Positions 31,976-40,663 of a stretch of DNA of 42,288 bases are shown here, piece after piece. The notes under the pieces were generated by a model. That model searched no databases. It was not told where the DNA came from and saw only the letters and a program-made list of their open reading frames with translations. Source of the stretch: Nitrosomonadales bacterium (lineage in GTDB: Bacteria; Pseudomonadota; Gammaproteobacteria; Burkholderiales; Sulfuricellaceae); contig PQAG01000055.1 in assembly GCA_003104895.1 (NCBI GenBank), forward strand, positions 1 to 42,288, in the 5' to 3' direction. Each line of letters opens with the position of its first letter. Within the stretch, counting starts at the first letter, position 1. Position numbers and translations under genes: made by a program.

Positions 31976-32617
31976 CTACTTGCAGCGTCCGATCGAACCG
32001 ATCCCGCAAGTCCGTCCGTCGGACCAGACAGCGCCCTTGAGCAATGCGCCGTGGAGCCGGATATTGGTCAATTTTGCGCCGGCGAGATTGGCCTTTTTGA
32101 GATTCGCCATGCCGAGATGCGCGCCTTCCAGATCGGCGCTTTGCAGCTGCGCATTTTCCAGATCGGCGCCGGACAGCTCGGCATGCCTCAGCCTGGCACC
32201 TTCCAGCTTGGCGCCCTCAAGGTCGGCCAGCCTGAGATCGGCCCTGACCAGCCCGGTGCCCTTGAGGGTGGCGCGCTCCAGATTGGCAGATTCGAGGTGG
32301 GCATAATCCAGATCGGCGCCATCGAGATTCGCTTCGCGCAGGTCAGATTGCTGCAGACTGGCATAACGCATGCGCGTGCTTTTGAAATTTGCCCCCTTGA
32401 GGGATGCGCCCCGGAGGTTGGCATGTTCCAGATTGGCGCCCTCGAAATCGGAGCCATCGAGCTGGGCGCCACGCAAATCGGCCCACTTCAGGTCGGCGTC
32501 CTTGCATTGAGGCGCGGACGCTTTCCAGCAATCGGACGCAGCTTGGGCCTTGCCATGGATCAACAAGCCCGCCAGCGCCAATAGCCAGAAACGATATCCT
32601 GCCGATTTTTTTCTCAT
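31976..32617 (-). CDS. secreted pentapeptide-repeat protein
   Basis: Signal peptide MRKKSAGYRFWLLALAGLLIHGKAQA, then about 30 consecutive A(D/N)LxG-type pentapeptides (ADLRGAQLDGSDFEGANLEHANLRGASLKGANF...). Cys residues occur at both ends. AGGAGA RBS lies before the ATG at 32617; the longer ORF-track start at 32872 has no support. Confidence 0.85.
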   Translation of the reverse strand: MRKKSAGYRFWLLALAGLLIHGKAQAASDCWKASAPQCKDADLKWADLRGAQLDGSDFEGANLEHANLRGASLKGANFKSTRMRYASLQQSDLREANLDGADLDYAHLESANLERATLKGTGLVRADLRLADLEGAKLEGARLRHAELSGADLENAQLQSADLEGAHLGMANLKKANLAGAKLTNIRLHGALLKGAVWSDGRTCGIGSIGRCK

Positions 32618-32673
32618 TTCGTATTCTCCTTGTTGATTTTCTCTCTCCTGCTTTTCCCCCGGAACACCACAGC

Positions 32674-34014
32674 TCACAAATAGCGCAGCCAAAAATAAGC
32701 ACTGCTCACCGCAATGCTCGCCAGCATCAGCGGGAAGGCCATGAGCATGAAGGGCAGGAAACGGATCGGCTGGCCGGCGCGCTCGGCGAAGCCGGCCACC
32801 ACCAGGTTGGCGCTCGCCCCCACCAGGCTGCCGTTGCCGCCCAGGCAGGCACCCAGCGCCAGCGACCACCACAGGGTGTTGATGTTTTCAGCGCCGAAGG
32901 CTGGTGCCATGCTGTGGATCACCGGGATCATGGTGGCGACAAAGGGAATGTTGTCCACCAGCGCCGAGGCCACCGCCGACACCCACAGGATGATGAAGGA
33001 GGTGGCAGCGAAATCGCCGCCGGTCAGCGCCATCAGTTGCTGCGCCAGCAGCTTGAGGGCGCCGGCCTTTTCCACGCCCGCCACCACCACGAACAGGCCG
33101 ACGAAGAAAAAGATCGTGACCCATTCCACCTCGGCGAAGCTGCGCTGTACCTGGTGCGACTGATCTTCGCCATGCTGGTCCCAGACCCGCAGCAGCAACA
33201 GCAGTGCCGCACCGAACATGGCGATGGTGGCTGGTTCCTGCTTGACGGCGTGAGCCAGCATGAAGCCCAGGATGACCAGCGCGATCACCGCCAGGGACTG
33301 CTTTAGAAGGCGCGGGTCGGTAATCGCCTGATCCGCGTCGAAAGCCATCACCTGGGCGCGGTCTTCCGGTGCGGCGTAGAGTTTTCTGCCCCAGATCAGG
33401 TAAAAAGGGACCAGCGTTAGGATGAAAACCGCGCCCGCCAGCGGCGCGAGGTTGAACAGGAAGTCGTTGAATCCGAGCCCGGTCGCGGAGCCGATCATGA
33501 TGTTGGGCGGATCGCCGATCAAGGTGGCGCTGCCGCCGATGTTGGAGGCGAAGATCAGAGCGAACAGGTAAGGGTAAGGCTTGAGCTTGAGGGCGTCGGT
33601 GATAAGCAGCGTTACCGGGGCAATCAGCAGCACCGTGGTGACGTTGTCGAGCAGGGCGGAAAACAGCGCTGTCACCACCGAGAGCATCACCATCAGCCCC
33701 CAGGGATCGGCCTTGACCGCCTTGGCCGCAACCACTGCCACGTACTGGAACACGCCACTTTTCTGTGTGATGGCGACGATCACCATCATCCCCGTCAACA
33801 GTCCGATGGTGTTGAGGTCGATGCCGGCGAAGGCCTCGCTTTGGTGCAGCACACCAGAGAAGATCATCAGCCCCGCGCCGAGCAGGGCGACGATGGCGCG
33901 GTTGATTTTCTCGGTGACGATGACGGCGTAGGTAAGAACAAAGATGGCGAGCGAGACCAGCAGCGGGCTCAGGCCGAACAATACTTGCGTTGCGCTGGCA
34001 GCGGCACCGTGCAT
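32674..34014 (-). CDS. ArsB/NhaD superfamily permease (YbiR/citrate-transporter-like anion transporter)
   Basis: 446 aa with about 12 hydrophobic helices. The motif segments LLDNVTTVLLIAP and LGGNGSLVGASANL are typical of this permease superfamily. The start abuts the upstream CBS gene stop. Confidence 0.8.
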   Translation of the reverse strand: MHGAAASATQVLFGLSPLLVSLAIFVLTYAVIVTEKINRAIVALLGAGLMIFSGVLHQSEAFAGIDLNTIGLLTGMMVIVAITQKSGVFQYVAVVAAKAVKADPWGLMVMLSVVTALFSALLDNVTTVLLIAPVTLLITDALKLKPYPYLFALIFASNIGGSATLIGDPPNIMIGSATGLGFNDFLFNLAPLAGAVFILTLVPFYLIWGRKLYAAPEDRAQVMAFDADQAITDPRLLKQSLAVIALVILGFMLAHAVKQEPATIAMFGAALLLLLRVWDQHGEDQSHQVQRSFAEVEWVTIFFFVGLFVVVAGVEKAGALKLLAQQLMALTGGDFAATSFIILWVSAVASALVDNIPFVATMIPVIHSMAPAFGAENINTLWWSLALGACLGGNGSLVGASANLVVAGFAERAGQPIRFLPFMLMAFPLMLASIAVSSAYFWLRYL

Positions 34015-34015
34015 G

Positions 34016-34477
34016 TCAGACCCCCGCCTGTTGCGCGAGATGGGCGAGCAGCGCGCGGCGGCTCAGCATGCCGCGCAGTTTGCCGTCCGCGCCCACCACC
34101 GGCAACGGCGCGGTGCTGTTGGTGAGCAGCAGCGCCGCCTCCAGCAGCGGGCAATCCTCGTCCAGCAGCGGGACATCCTTCTTGGCGAATTCTCCTGCCG
34201 TCAGGCCCTCCAGATCATGCAGCCGGCTGGTCAGCATGCGCTCGGCATCGCCGGCGAAACGGAGGTCGGACAAGCCTCCTGCCGCCCGTGCGCTGGCCGG
34301 GATCAGCGCCCGCAGCACGGAGTTGGTGCTGACGATGCCTGAAAAATTACCGTTGCCGTCGCACAAGGGCACATGGTTGATCTGCTTCTCCAACATCAGT
34401 TTGAGTGCTTCCATCAAGTTGGACTCGGGCCGAAGGCAAACGCTGGGCGGGCAAATGGGGATGGCCTTGATCGACAT
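34016..34477 (-). CDS. CBS-pair domain protein (153 aa)
   Basis: Two CBS-like units (ALKLMLEKQINHVPLCDGNGNFSGIVSTNSVLRAL and ...APLPVVGADGKLRGMLSRRALLAHL). GGAGAA RBS lies before the ATG at 34477. The ORF-track extension to 34714 overlaps lapA and a terminator. Confidence 0.8.
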   Translation of the reverse strand: MSIKAIPICPPSVCLRPESNLMEALKLMLEKQINHVPLCDGNGNFSGIVSTNSVLRALIPASARAAGGLSDLRFAGDAERMLTSRLHDLEGLTAGEFAKKDVPLLDEDCPLLEAALLLTNSTAPLPVVGADGKLRGMLSRRALLAHLAQQAGV

Positions 34478-34552
34478 ATTTTCTCCGGAGTTAGGGGAAA
34501 GGGGATTGCCTCGAGTCAATTCAAATGATAGTGGAATGGACCTGGCAAATGG

Positions 34553-34574
34553 AAAAAACCGGCGGGAGCGGTTT
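34553..34574 (-). terminator. intrinsic terminator downstream of the LapA-like gene
   Basis: Minus strand: AAACCG-ctcccgc-CGGTTT followed by TTT (6-bp stem with its U-tract). Confidence 0.5.
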
Positions 34575-34673
34575 CGGCGACACCGAGGTGTTCCTGCATT
34601 GTTCGAGGCCATGCATGAAGCGTTTTCCTTCAAGGCTATCCGCATAGATTGAGGATGGTGAGACCTGACCGTG

Positions 34674-35027
34674 CTAGCGGTGATGAGATGTCCCTTCAGG
34701 TGACGCAGGATCAAGCACTGGAGAGCTGTTGTTCTGATCCGCCTTCAAGGACTCGGCCAGTTTTTTCTCAAGCGCGTTATGCGCCTTCTCCAACTCCTCT
34801 ATGCGTTTCTGCTGCTTGGCTAGTGTCCAATGCCGCCGCAATGTCGATGGGGCCGAGACTAGCGCGAAGATGATGCCGCCAAGCGCCAGCGCGATCAGCA
34901 ACACCATGGCAAGGGAGCTGTCGAGGCGCCAAAGCAGAAAATTGACCGTTACGGGCACGTTGTTCTGTAGGGCGAACATGACGCCGCCTATGGAAAAAAG
35001 TATCGCTACGATGGTGAGAAGTTGCAT
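34674..35027 (-). CDS. LapA family (DUF1049) inner-membrane protein
   Basis: 117 aa. Two TM helices (LLTIVAILFSIGGVMFAL, LAMVLLIALALGGIIFALV) followed by a coiled-coil tail (KQQKRIEELEKAHNALEKKL). AAGGAA RBS. Confidence 0.75.
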   Translation of the reverse strand: MQLLTIVAILFSIGGVMFALQNNVPVTVNFLLWRLDSSLAMVLLIALALGGIIFALVSAPSTLRRHWTLAKQQKRIEELEKAHNALEKKLAESLKADQNNSSPVLDPASPEGTSHHR

Positions 35028-35129
35028 GGTTATTCCTTTTCCAGAAGGTTCTGAAATGAATTATTATACAAAATATTATTGAATAATAATAAAATAATGT
35101 ATTTTTCAAACCTTGATATCCACCTACAC

Positions 35130-36824
35130 ATGAACACCACAAACCAAGAGCAAACAGTTTCCGGGAACATCTCCGTAGCTCAAGGCCGGATAACCAGGCT
35201 ATTCATGTTCTGGTGGCGCCGGCACATGCGCGATCTGGAGCGGGATGCCACCAACGAGCAGGTAAATGAGGATGGAGGCCTGAGTTACGCCTACGCATTC
35301 CTGGTCGTGACCTCTTGCGGCATCGCCACTTTAGGCCTCATGCTGAATTCGGCAGCAGTGATTATCGGCGCCATGCTGGTGGCCCCCCTCATGGGGCCAA
35401 TCGTGCTGCTGGGTTTTGCCATCGCCGAAACCGATGTGGAGAAGGCCATCCGCAGCGCGAAGGCCTTGGCGGTGGGGGTGGCAGCGGCTCTGACCATATC
35501 CGTCATTATTGTCAAACTCTCGCCCTACATTCCACCCACGCCGGAGATCCTGGCGCGCACCAACCCCAACCTGTTCGATCTGCTGGTGGCGGTGCTTTCC
35601 GGCATGGTGGCAGGCTATGCTGTGACCCACCGCAAGATCGGCACCGTTGCCGGCGTGGCCATTGCTACTGCCTTGATGCCGCCGCTGGCCGCTTCCGGTT
35701 ATGGGCTGGCGATGGGCGACTTGAACATCTTCCAGGGTGCCTTTTTTCTGTTTCTCACCAATATGCTGGCCATTGCCCTCACCGTGGCCGGCATGGCCAC
35801 TTGGTATGGTTTCGGCAACCTGCGCACGCCCAAGCACCTGATCTGGGAGACAGTGCTCGCGGCGATGATCCTGGTAGTGCTCTCCATCCCGCTGGTCAGG
35901 ACCCTGAATGAAAGCGTTGCCAAGACCATGACTGTGAATGAAGTCGAGAGCGTTTTGAGGCAAGGTTTCAAGATCGAAGGCGCCAGTCTGGACAAATTGA
36001 ATGTGCAAATGGTTGAAGGCAAGCCGGTGCAGGTCAGCGCTGTGGTGTTCACCCGGGAATTCGACAAGGGCGCCCATGACCGCCTGTTGCCTCAATTGCG
36101 CGAGCGTCTCGGCCGTCCAGTGGAGTTTTCCCTCGATCAGGTGGTGCTGGGGGATAGCCTGTTACTGGCAGGCGCGGGAAAATCGGTCATTGCCAACCCG
36201 GTGGGGCAGAATTTGCAGCCCAACCTGCCCTTGAGCGACGCGCAATTGCTGGTGCGGCATCTGCGCGAGGTGCTGCCTTTGCCCTTGACTTTGTCGGAGA
36301 TAAATGCCAATGCCAAGGTCGCCAAGCTGCAGGTCGCACCAGCTTATGTCGGCAGCCTGGACACCCTGCGGCAAATGGAGGCAAGCCTGCAAAACCGCTA
36401 CCCCGCCTGGCAAATCGCCATCATCCCGCCCATGCGTTCATTGCCCGAGATTCGCTTCCAGTATGGATCCACGGAGCTGACCGAAGGTGGGCAGCCAGCG
36501 CTGCAGACTTCGCTGTGGACGCTTAAGCGCTGGCAGGTGAGTAGCGTGCGGGTGACTGGCGGGGCAAGCTTGCAGGAAAACGGCCGCAAGACCTCCTCCA
36601 TGGCGCGCCAGCGAGCCGAGCTGATCGCCAGCCAGCTGCGCGCGGCTGGCCTTGTGGCAGAAGCGGCCTCTGTCTACCCGGCAGCCGAGCAGAAAGCGCT
36701 GGAAAAGGAGCAGGGCATTGCAGCCTGGCGCGTCGCGCGTATCCAGCCCATCCTGGAGGGCATGGAAGCAGTGGGAGGCCGCGATGCTCCAGGCGTCACG
36801 ACCGACACCCAGCGAAACCAGTAA
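35130..36824 (+). CDS. DUF389 (TIGR00341-like) membrane protein with a C-terminal extension of about 250 aa
   Basis: Repeated LVAPLMGPI / ALMPPLAASG motifs within about 6 TM helices are typical of DUF389. The soluble C-terminal part ends with a weak OmpA-C-like segment (VTGGAS...ARQRAELIASQLRAAG). The ATG at 35130 is preferred over the TTG at 35079. Confidence 0.75.
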   Translation: MNTTNQEQTVSGNISVAQGRITRLFMFWWRRHMRDLERDATNEQVNEDGGLSYAYAFLVVTSCGIATLGLMLNSAAVIIGAMLVAPLMGPIVLLGFAIAETDVEKAIRSAKALAVGVAAALTISVIIVKLSPYIPPTPEILARTNPNLFDLLVAVLSGMVAGYAVTHRKIGTVAGVAIATALMPPLAASGYGLAMGDLNIFQGAFFLFLTNMLAIALTVAGMATWYGFGNLRTPKHLIWETVLAAMILVVLSIPLVRTLNESVAKTMTVNEVESVLRQGFKIEGASLDKLNVQMVEGKPVQVSAVVFTREFDKGAHDRLLPQLRERLGRPVEFSLDQVVLGDSLLLAGAGKSVIANPVGQNLQPNLPLSDAQLLVRHLREVLPLPLTLSEINANAKVAKLQVAPAYVGSLDTLRQMEASLQNRYPAWQIAIIPPMRSLPEIRFQYGSTELTEGGQPALQTSLWTLKRWQVSSVRVTGGASLQENGRKTSSMARQRAELIASQLRAAGLVAEAASVYPAAEQKALEKEQGIAAWRVARIQPILEGMEAVGGRDAPGVTTDTQRNQ

Positions 36825-36844
36825 TCCGCAGCAAGGACATGAAC

Positions 36845-37330
36845 ATGAGCACATCGCTCGCCACTGAAACCCTGAAACAGTTTCGCATCATCATCGCTGC
36901 CGCACGCCATCACTTCCGCGACTTGGAATCCACTTGCGGCATCTCCGGAGCCCAGCTCTGGATCCTCTCCGCCATCGCCGAAACCCCGGGCATCACTGTC
37001 TCCCAGCTGAGTGAAACCCTGTCTGTGCACGTCTCCACTGCCAGCAATATGCTGGACAAGCTGGCCAGGTCCGGACTGCTGGAACGCTTACGCAGCGAAG
37101 AAGACCGTCGCGTGGTGAACCTTCGCCTGACCGAAAATGGCCAGGCCGTACTTGATCGTGCGCCCAAGCCCTTTACCGGGCTGGTGCCCTATGCCCTGGA
37201 AAAATTGCCTGAAAAGACGCTGGCCCGGCTGCATGAAGACTTGAACCTGCTGATCCAGCAAATGAACTACACTGATTACAGCGCTTCCAGCAAACCGCTT
37301 TCTACCCTGTTGCGACGAGATGCATCATGA
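36845..37330 (+). CDS. MarR family transcriptional regulator
   Basis: Winged-HTH pattern (GITVSQLSETLSVHVSTASNMLDKLARSGLLERLRSEEDRRVVNLRLTENG). AAGGA lies 7 nt before the ATG at 36845; the ATG at 36839 is an alternative. Confidence 0.88.
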   Translation: MSTSLATETLKQFRIIIAAARHHFRDLESTCGISGAQLWILSAIAETPGITVSQLSETLSVHVSTASNMLDKLARSGLLERLRSEEDRRVVNLRLTENGQAVLDRAPKPFTGLVPYALEKLPEKTLARLHEDLNLLIQQMNYTDYSASSKPLSTLLRRDAS

Positions 37331-37459
37331 ACCATTTGGAAATGGAGCCTGGTCCTTGCTGGTGCTGGGCCAAGGAGTAGAGTCCTCCAACGGTCCGGAC
37401 TTCAGCGCCCTGCTGGCAGTAAATATTCTACACATTCAGCTTCGACATCCACACCACCA

Positions 37460-38668
37460 TCATTTGTTGTCCTCATCCACGGCCATTTTCAGCATCTCGA
37501 AAATATCCGGGATGGCCGAGATCACCCGGTTCCAGTTCGGGATCAATGGTGTCGTCATAGGGTTTTCCATGAACACCTGGGTAGCCATTGCGATGGCTCT
37601 GGTAAATGCCTCCACCGCCATTGCCTCTTCGTGCCGGTCAAACTTGAGGCCATTGATGGCCGCATCTGCCTCGTATTTTATGATCGTATCCTCGGCCTGC
37701 CGCAGGTAGGATACCAGCAGGGATTTGAACAGGCCATCTGAAAACACCACCCCCTCCGATGCCAGGGTTCTGAAGATGGATTTGCAGATATCCACCGTCA
37801 TTTTCATCAAGCCCTTGCTGGCATCATCCGCGGAAAGGATTTGATGTTTGTGCTCGTAATTCGCTGCGATATCAACCTGGCATACCCGGCGGGGTGAATA
37901 GTTCCGGTGCACCTCGGCAAGGGAGCCCACCTCCAGCCCCCAGTCCCAGGGGATCCGGTTCACCCGGGCCAAATCCGTGATCATGCAGAATTCCCCGGAG
38001 AGCGGATAGCGAAAACTGTCGAGGAAAGCGAGAAAATCATGCGGCCCGATGAGCTGTTCCAAGGCCTTAATAAGTGGCGTCACCAATAACCTGGTGACAC
38101 GCCCGTTCAGCCCGCTTGATACCCGGCTGTAATACCCCTTGCAAAAGACGTAATCCAGATTGGGGTGGACCACGGGATAGCATAACCGTGCCAGGAGTTC
38201 ACGGCTGTATGTGACGATGTCGCAATCGTGCAGGGCAATGACGTCGGAACGGGCGCGCGCAAGAATATAGCCATAGGCAATCCATGCCGAGCGCCCCTTG
38301 CCACGTTCGCCCACATTGAATCCGTTGCGGGCGAATGTTTCATATATTTCATTGATCCTTTTGCTGTCATTGTGGATGATCTTTACTTCCGTCGAGATCG
38401 GCGACATGAACTCGCGCACGCGCTTGAAATCCTTCTCCGATGCCTTGTCGAGGACCAGCACGATTTCATTCAGATACTTGACCTTGGCGAGCTCCTGCAC
38501 GATGCCCGGCATGGCCGGCCCTTCGAACTCAGAATAAAGGGCCGGCAAGGCCAGGGCTACAGGCCTGGTTTTTACGTAGCCAAGCAATTCGGACTCGATC
38601 CGCTCCAGCGAAGGTTTGCCGAGTTGATGGAGCGTTGTAATGATGCCGGACTGATAAAAATCGGACAT
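37460..38668 (-). CDS. retaining GT-A glycosyltransferase of the glucosyl-/mannosyl-3-phosphoglycerate synthase (GpgS/MpgS/MGS-like) type
   Basis: The ordered motif series GERGKGRSAW, ALHDCDI (DxD), GRVTRLLVTPL, YPLSGEF, DWGLEVG and EHKHQ parallels the series I recall in M. tuberculosis GpgS and Rhodothermus MGS (GKG..., DxD, GRVTELV..PL, PLSGE, G(Y/W)G(V/I)E, H). Confidence 0.75.
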   Translation of the reverse strand: MSDFYQSGIITTLHQLGKPSLERIESELLGYVKTRPVALALPALYSEFEGPAMPGIVQELAKVKYLNEIVLVLDKASEKDFKRVREFMSPISTEVKIIHNDSKRINEIYETFARNGFNVGERGKGRSAWIAYGYILARARSDVIALHDCDIVTYSRELLARLCYPVVHPNLDYVFCKGYYSRVSSGLNGRVTRLLVTPLIKALEQLIGPHDFLAFLDSFRYPLSGEFCMITDLARVNRIPWDWGLEVGSLAEVHRNYSPRRVCQVDIAANYEHKHQILSADDASKGLMKMTVDICKSIFRTLASEGVVFSDGLFKSLLVSYLRQAEDTIIKYEADAAINGLKFDRHEEAMAVEAFTRAIAMATQVFMENPMTTPLIPNWNRVISAIPDIFEMLKMAVDEDNK

Positions 38669-38682
38669 GATTTCTCCTTCAG

Positions 38683-39387
38683 TTAGAGGGGGTCGATATC
38701 ATCTTTTGTTTCCTCAACGCTCTTTCCCGCGCTTTCTCTTTCAATCATCCGTCTCGCCGCATCAATGCCGCCCACACCGAATGAAATCGCCAGCGCGGTC
38801 ACGATGCCGCCAAAGATGATCGTAAAGGCGGCGAGCACGATGCTGGGCGCTATCTGGAGTTGCTCCATGGCCATGGCCAGAATCAACACCATCAACAGGG
38901 TGCGGATGGCCTCGGCAATCAGTTTGGCGTAGTGGTAACCGCTGTTTACCGCGGCAATCAATATTCCCTGGCTGACGAACCCGGTTAGCACATAGCCGAT
39001 GGCCAGAATCAGGGCAGCTGAAAAGGCGCGGGGTATATAGTTGAAGACTTCAGTGACCAGACTGTCGATCGCCGGTATCTTGAGGGCGCTTAGGCCAATC
39101 ATCAGGGTGAGGATGATCATCAGCCAGAAGATGATGGCGCCGAGTGTGGCGGAGGGTTTTCCCCATACATCCCCCTTGCGCATCAACGTGGTAAAGCCCA
39201 TGCGGTCGGACCAGCTGTCGAAGTTGATGGCGATCAGGGATTTGACCAGTATGGCCTTGACGAGCTTGGCCAGGACAATGCCCAACACCAGGATGATCAG
39301 CATGGCCAGAAGATTGGGCAAAAAGACCTTGAACTTCAAAAATACTTCCTGCAGGGGGTCGAGTATCAGGTTCAGAAAATCCATCAT
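38683..39387 (-). CDS. membrane protein with repeated conserved TM helices (mechanosensitive-channel-associated TM_helix type)
   Basis: 234 aa with about 5 TM helices. It has the internally repeated pattern (F.P.LL.A..IL..G...AK / IP.A.SA.ILAIGY) seen at the N-termini of MscS-like proteins, and an acidic C-terminal tail. The RBS and gaps of 10-14 nt tie it to both flanking glycosyltransferase genes. Confidence 0.7.
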   Translation of the reverse strand: MMDFLNLILDPLQEVFLKFKVFLPNLLAMLIILVLGIVLAKLVKAILVKSLIAINFDSWSDRMGFTTLMRKGDVWGKPSATLGAIIFWLMIILTLMIGLSALKIPAIDSLVTEVFNYIPRAFSAALILAIGYVLTGFVSQGILIAAVNSGYHYAKLIAEAIRTLLMVLILAMAMEQLQIAPSIVLAAFTIIFGGIVTALAISFGVGGIDAARRMIERESAGKSVEETKDDIDPL

Positions 39388-39397
39388 GATTGACTCC

Positions 39398-40663
39398 TTA
39401 AGATTTTTTCCAGCTGGTTACGAGGTAGTCCTTGCTGTTTTCGAACTCCATGCAAAGTTTTTCGATCTCGGCTTCTGCCTCATGTCCTTCCATGTCTTTC
39501 GCCGCAAGGATGAACGATGCGGTTTTCCCGATATAAAGCGGGGTCAGTGACTTGATCAGGTGCTCGGCAGGCAATTTCTTCTGGTGGAAAGCAATAGCGT
39601 AATCATAGATCACCCGCGTCCAGAGGCTGAGGGGGAAGTCAAACTCGCCATCACTCAAGGCGCTCAACCGCTCCACCTCCCTGAAATCTCCGCTGCCGAG
39701 AATTTTTACCCAGATCTCGCGCAGGTTGTTCAGCCCTTCCCGGAACAGGTTCAGCATTCGGGCTATATTGACGTTGACGTGTTCGAGCCCGACCGTATAT
39801 TCGAAGCCGAATGTGGTTACCGGGTCGGAGCCGCGGATGGGCGCCCAAACCTCGGCGTATTCCTCCATCAGGTCGAAGTTCGCGCTGGCCACCTGGTAGA
39901 GCATGCTGCTCAGGTCGGCGCCCGGGTCCTTGGCGTCGTGAATCTTGGCGCCAAGAAAGGACTGGGAGATCTTGAAACCGTTTGCGATCGCTGTCGTGGT
40001 CATCCAGATATCGATGCCGAAACGGGCGACATCCGATTGCCAAACATCCTTGGTCAGATAGAACTGCGCCAGTCGCCCTGAGAAACCGAAATCGCCGCCG
40101 ATGGGCTGGCGCACCCGTTTGCCATAGAGCGTTCGGGTAAGGGGGTAGACGATGCTGTTGGTGATGGTTCCGTCGAACTTATGGCGGTGGTAGAGCGGTG
40201 CAACATAGTCAAAGCCACCATGCAATACCGGCTTTACGAGCAGTTCGATCCACTCGGGCGTGATGCTCCTGAGATCCGAATCAACCACAACGCAGGCCTT
40301 TGCACCCAGGGTTCGGGCGATTTCGAAAATGCTGCGAAAGGCACTTCCCTTGCCGGGAATGCCGGAATAGGGGAAGGTGATCTTGGAGATGGGCTCAACG
40401 CGGTGGTGAAGCAGGATGGCGTTGAAGTCCTCGACCGCCGTGTTCTGCACGACATCAATGGTGCCGTCGCTGGAGCCACCGTCGGAATTTACAATCACTG
40501 CCTTGTAAGTGGGAAAGTATTTCGCCAGGCCGGCCTGTACCGCGCGAACGACGTGGCCGATGGTGCGCGCGTTATTGAAGCTCGGTATGCCAACGATAAT
40601 GTCGGCGGCCCCGATCTTCTCAATCTGCTCATGCACCTCTGTTCTGAAGGTAATATCATTCAT
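39398..40663 (-). CDS. GT-A fold (GT2-like) glycosyltransferase, possible glucosylglycerate-synthase-type enzyme
   Basis: N-terminal IIVGIPSFNNARTIG...VNSDGGSSDGT and VVVDSDL (DxD). 421-436 aa. The start is uncertain (ATG 40663, ATG 40690/40693 or GTG 40708), and every option overlaps the upstream gene end at 40656. Confidence 0.75.
   Translation of the reverse strand: MNDITFRTEVHEQIEKIGAADIIVGIPSFNNARTIGHVVRAVQAGLAKYFPTYKAVIVNSDGGSSDGTIDVVQNTAVEDFNAILLHHRVEPISKITFPYSGIPGKGSAFRSIFEIARTLGAKACVVVDSDLRSITPEWIELLVKPVLHGGFDYVAPLYHRHKFDGTITNSIVYPLTRTLYGKRVRQPIGGDFGFSGRLAQFYLTKDVWQSDVARFGIDIWMTTTAIANGFKISQSFLGAKIHDAKDPGADLSSMLYQVASANFDLMEEYAEVWAPIRGSDPVTTFGFEYTVGLEHVNVNIARMLNLFREGLNNLREIWVKILGSGDFREVERLSALSDGEFDFPLSLWTRVIYDYAIAFHQKKLPAEHLIKSLTPLYIGKTASFILAAKDMEGHEAEAEIEKLCMEFENSKDYLVTSWKKS

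Noticed and set aside
32051-32584. A 177-aa plus-strand ORF with its own repetitive sequence (…GALQLRIFQIGAGQLGMPQ…).
   Set aside because: It is the reverse-complement reading of the pentapeptide-repeat gene. The periodicity of the DNA repeat keeps the antisense frame open. It has no start context, and the sense gene has a signal peptide, an RBS and a canonical A(D/N)LxG repeat.
32618-32872. N-terminal extensions offered by the ORF track: for the pentapeptide gene (to 32872), for the CBS gene (34478..34714), for the DUF389 gene (TTG 35079) and for the HD-GYP regulator (TTG 9969).
   Set aside because: In each case an internal ATG with a good Shine-Dalgarno sequence gives a protein that starts with the expected signal peptide or domain. 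The extensions also overlap neighbouring genes, terminators or promoters.
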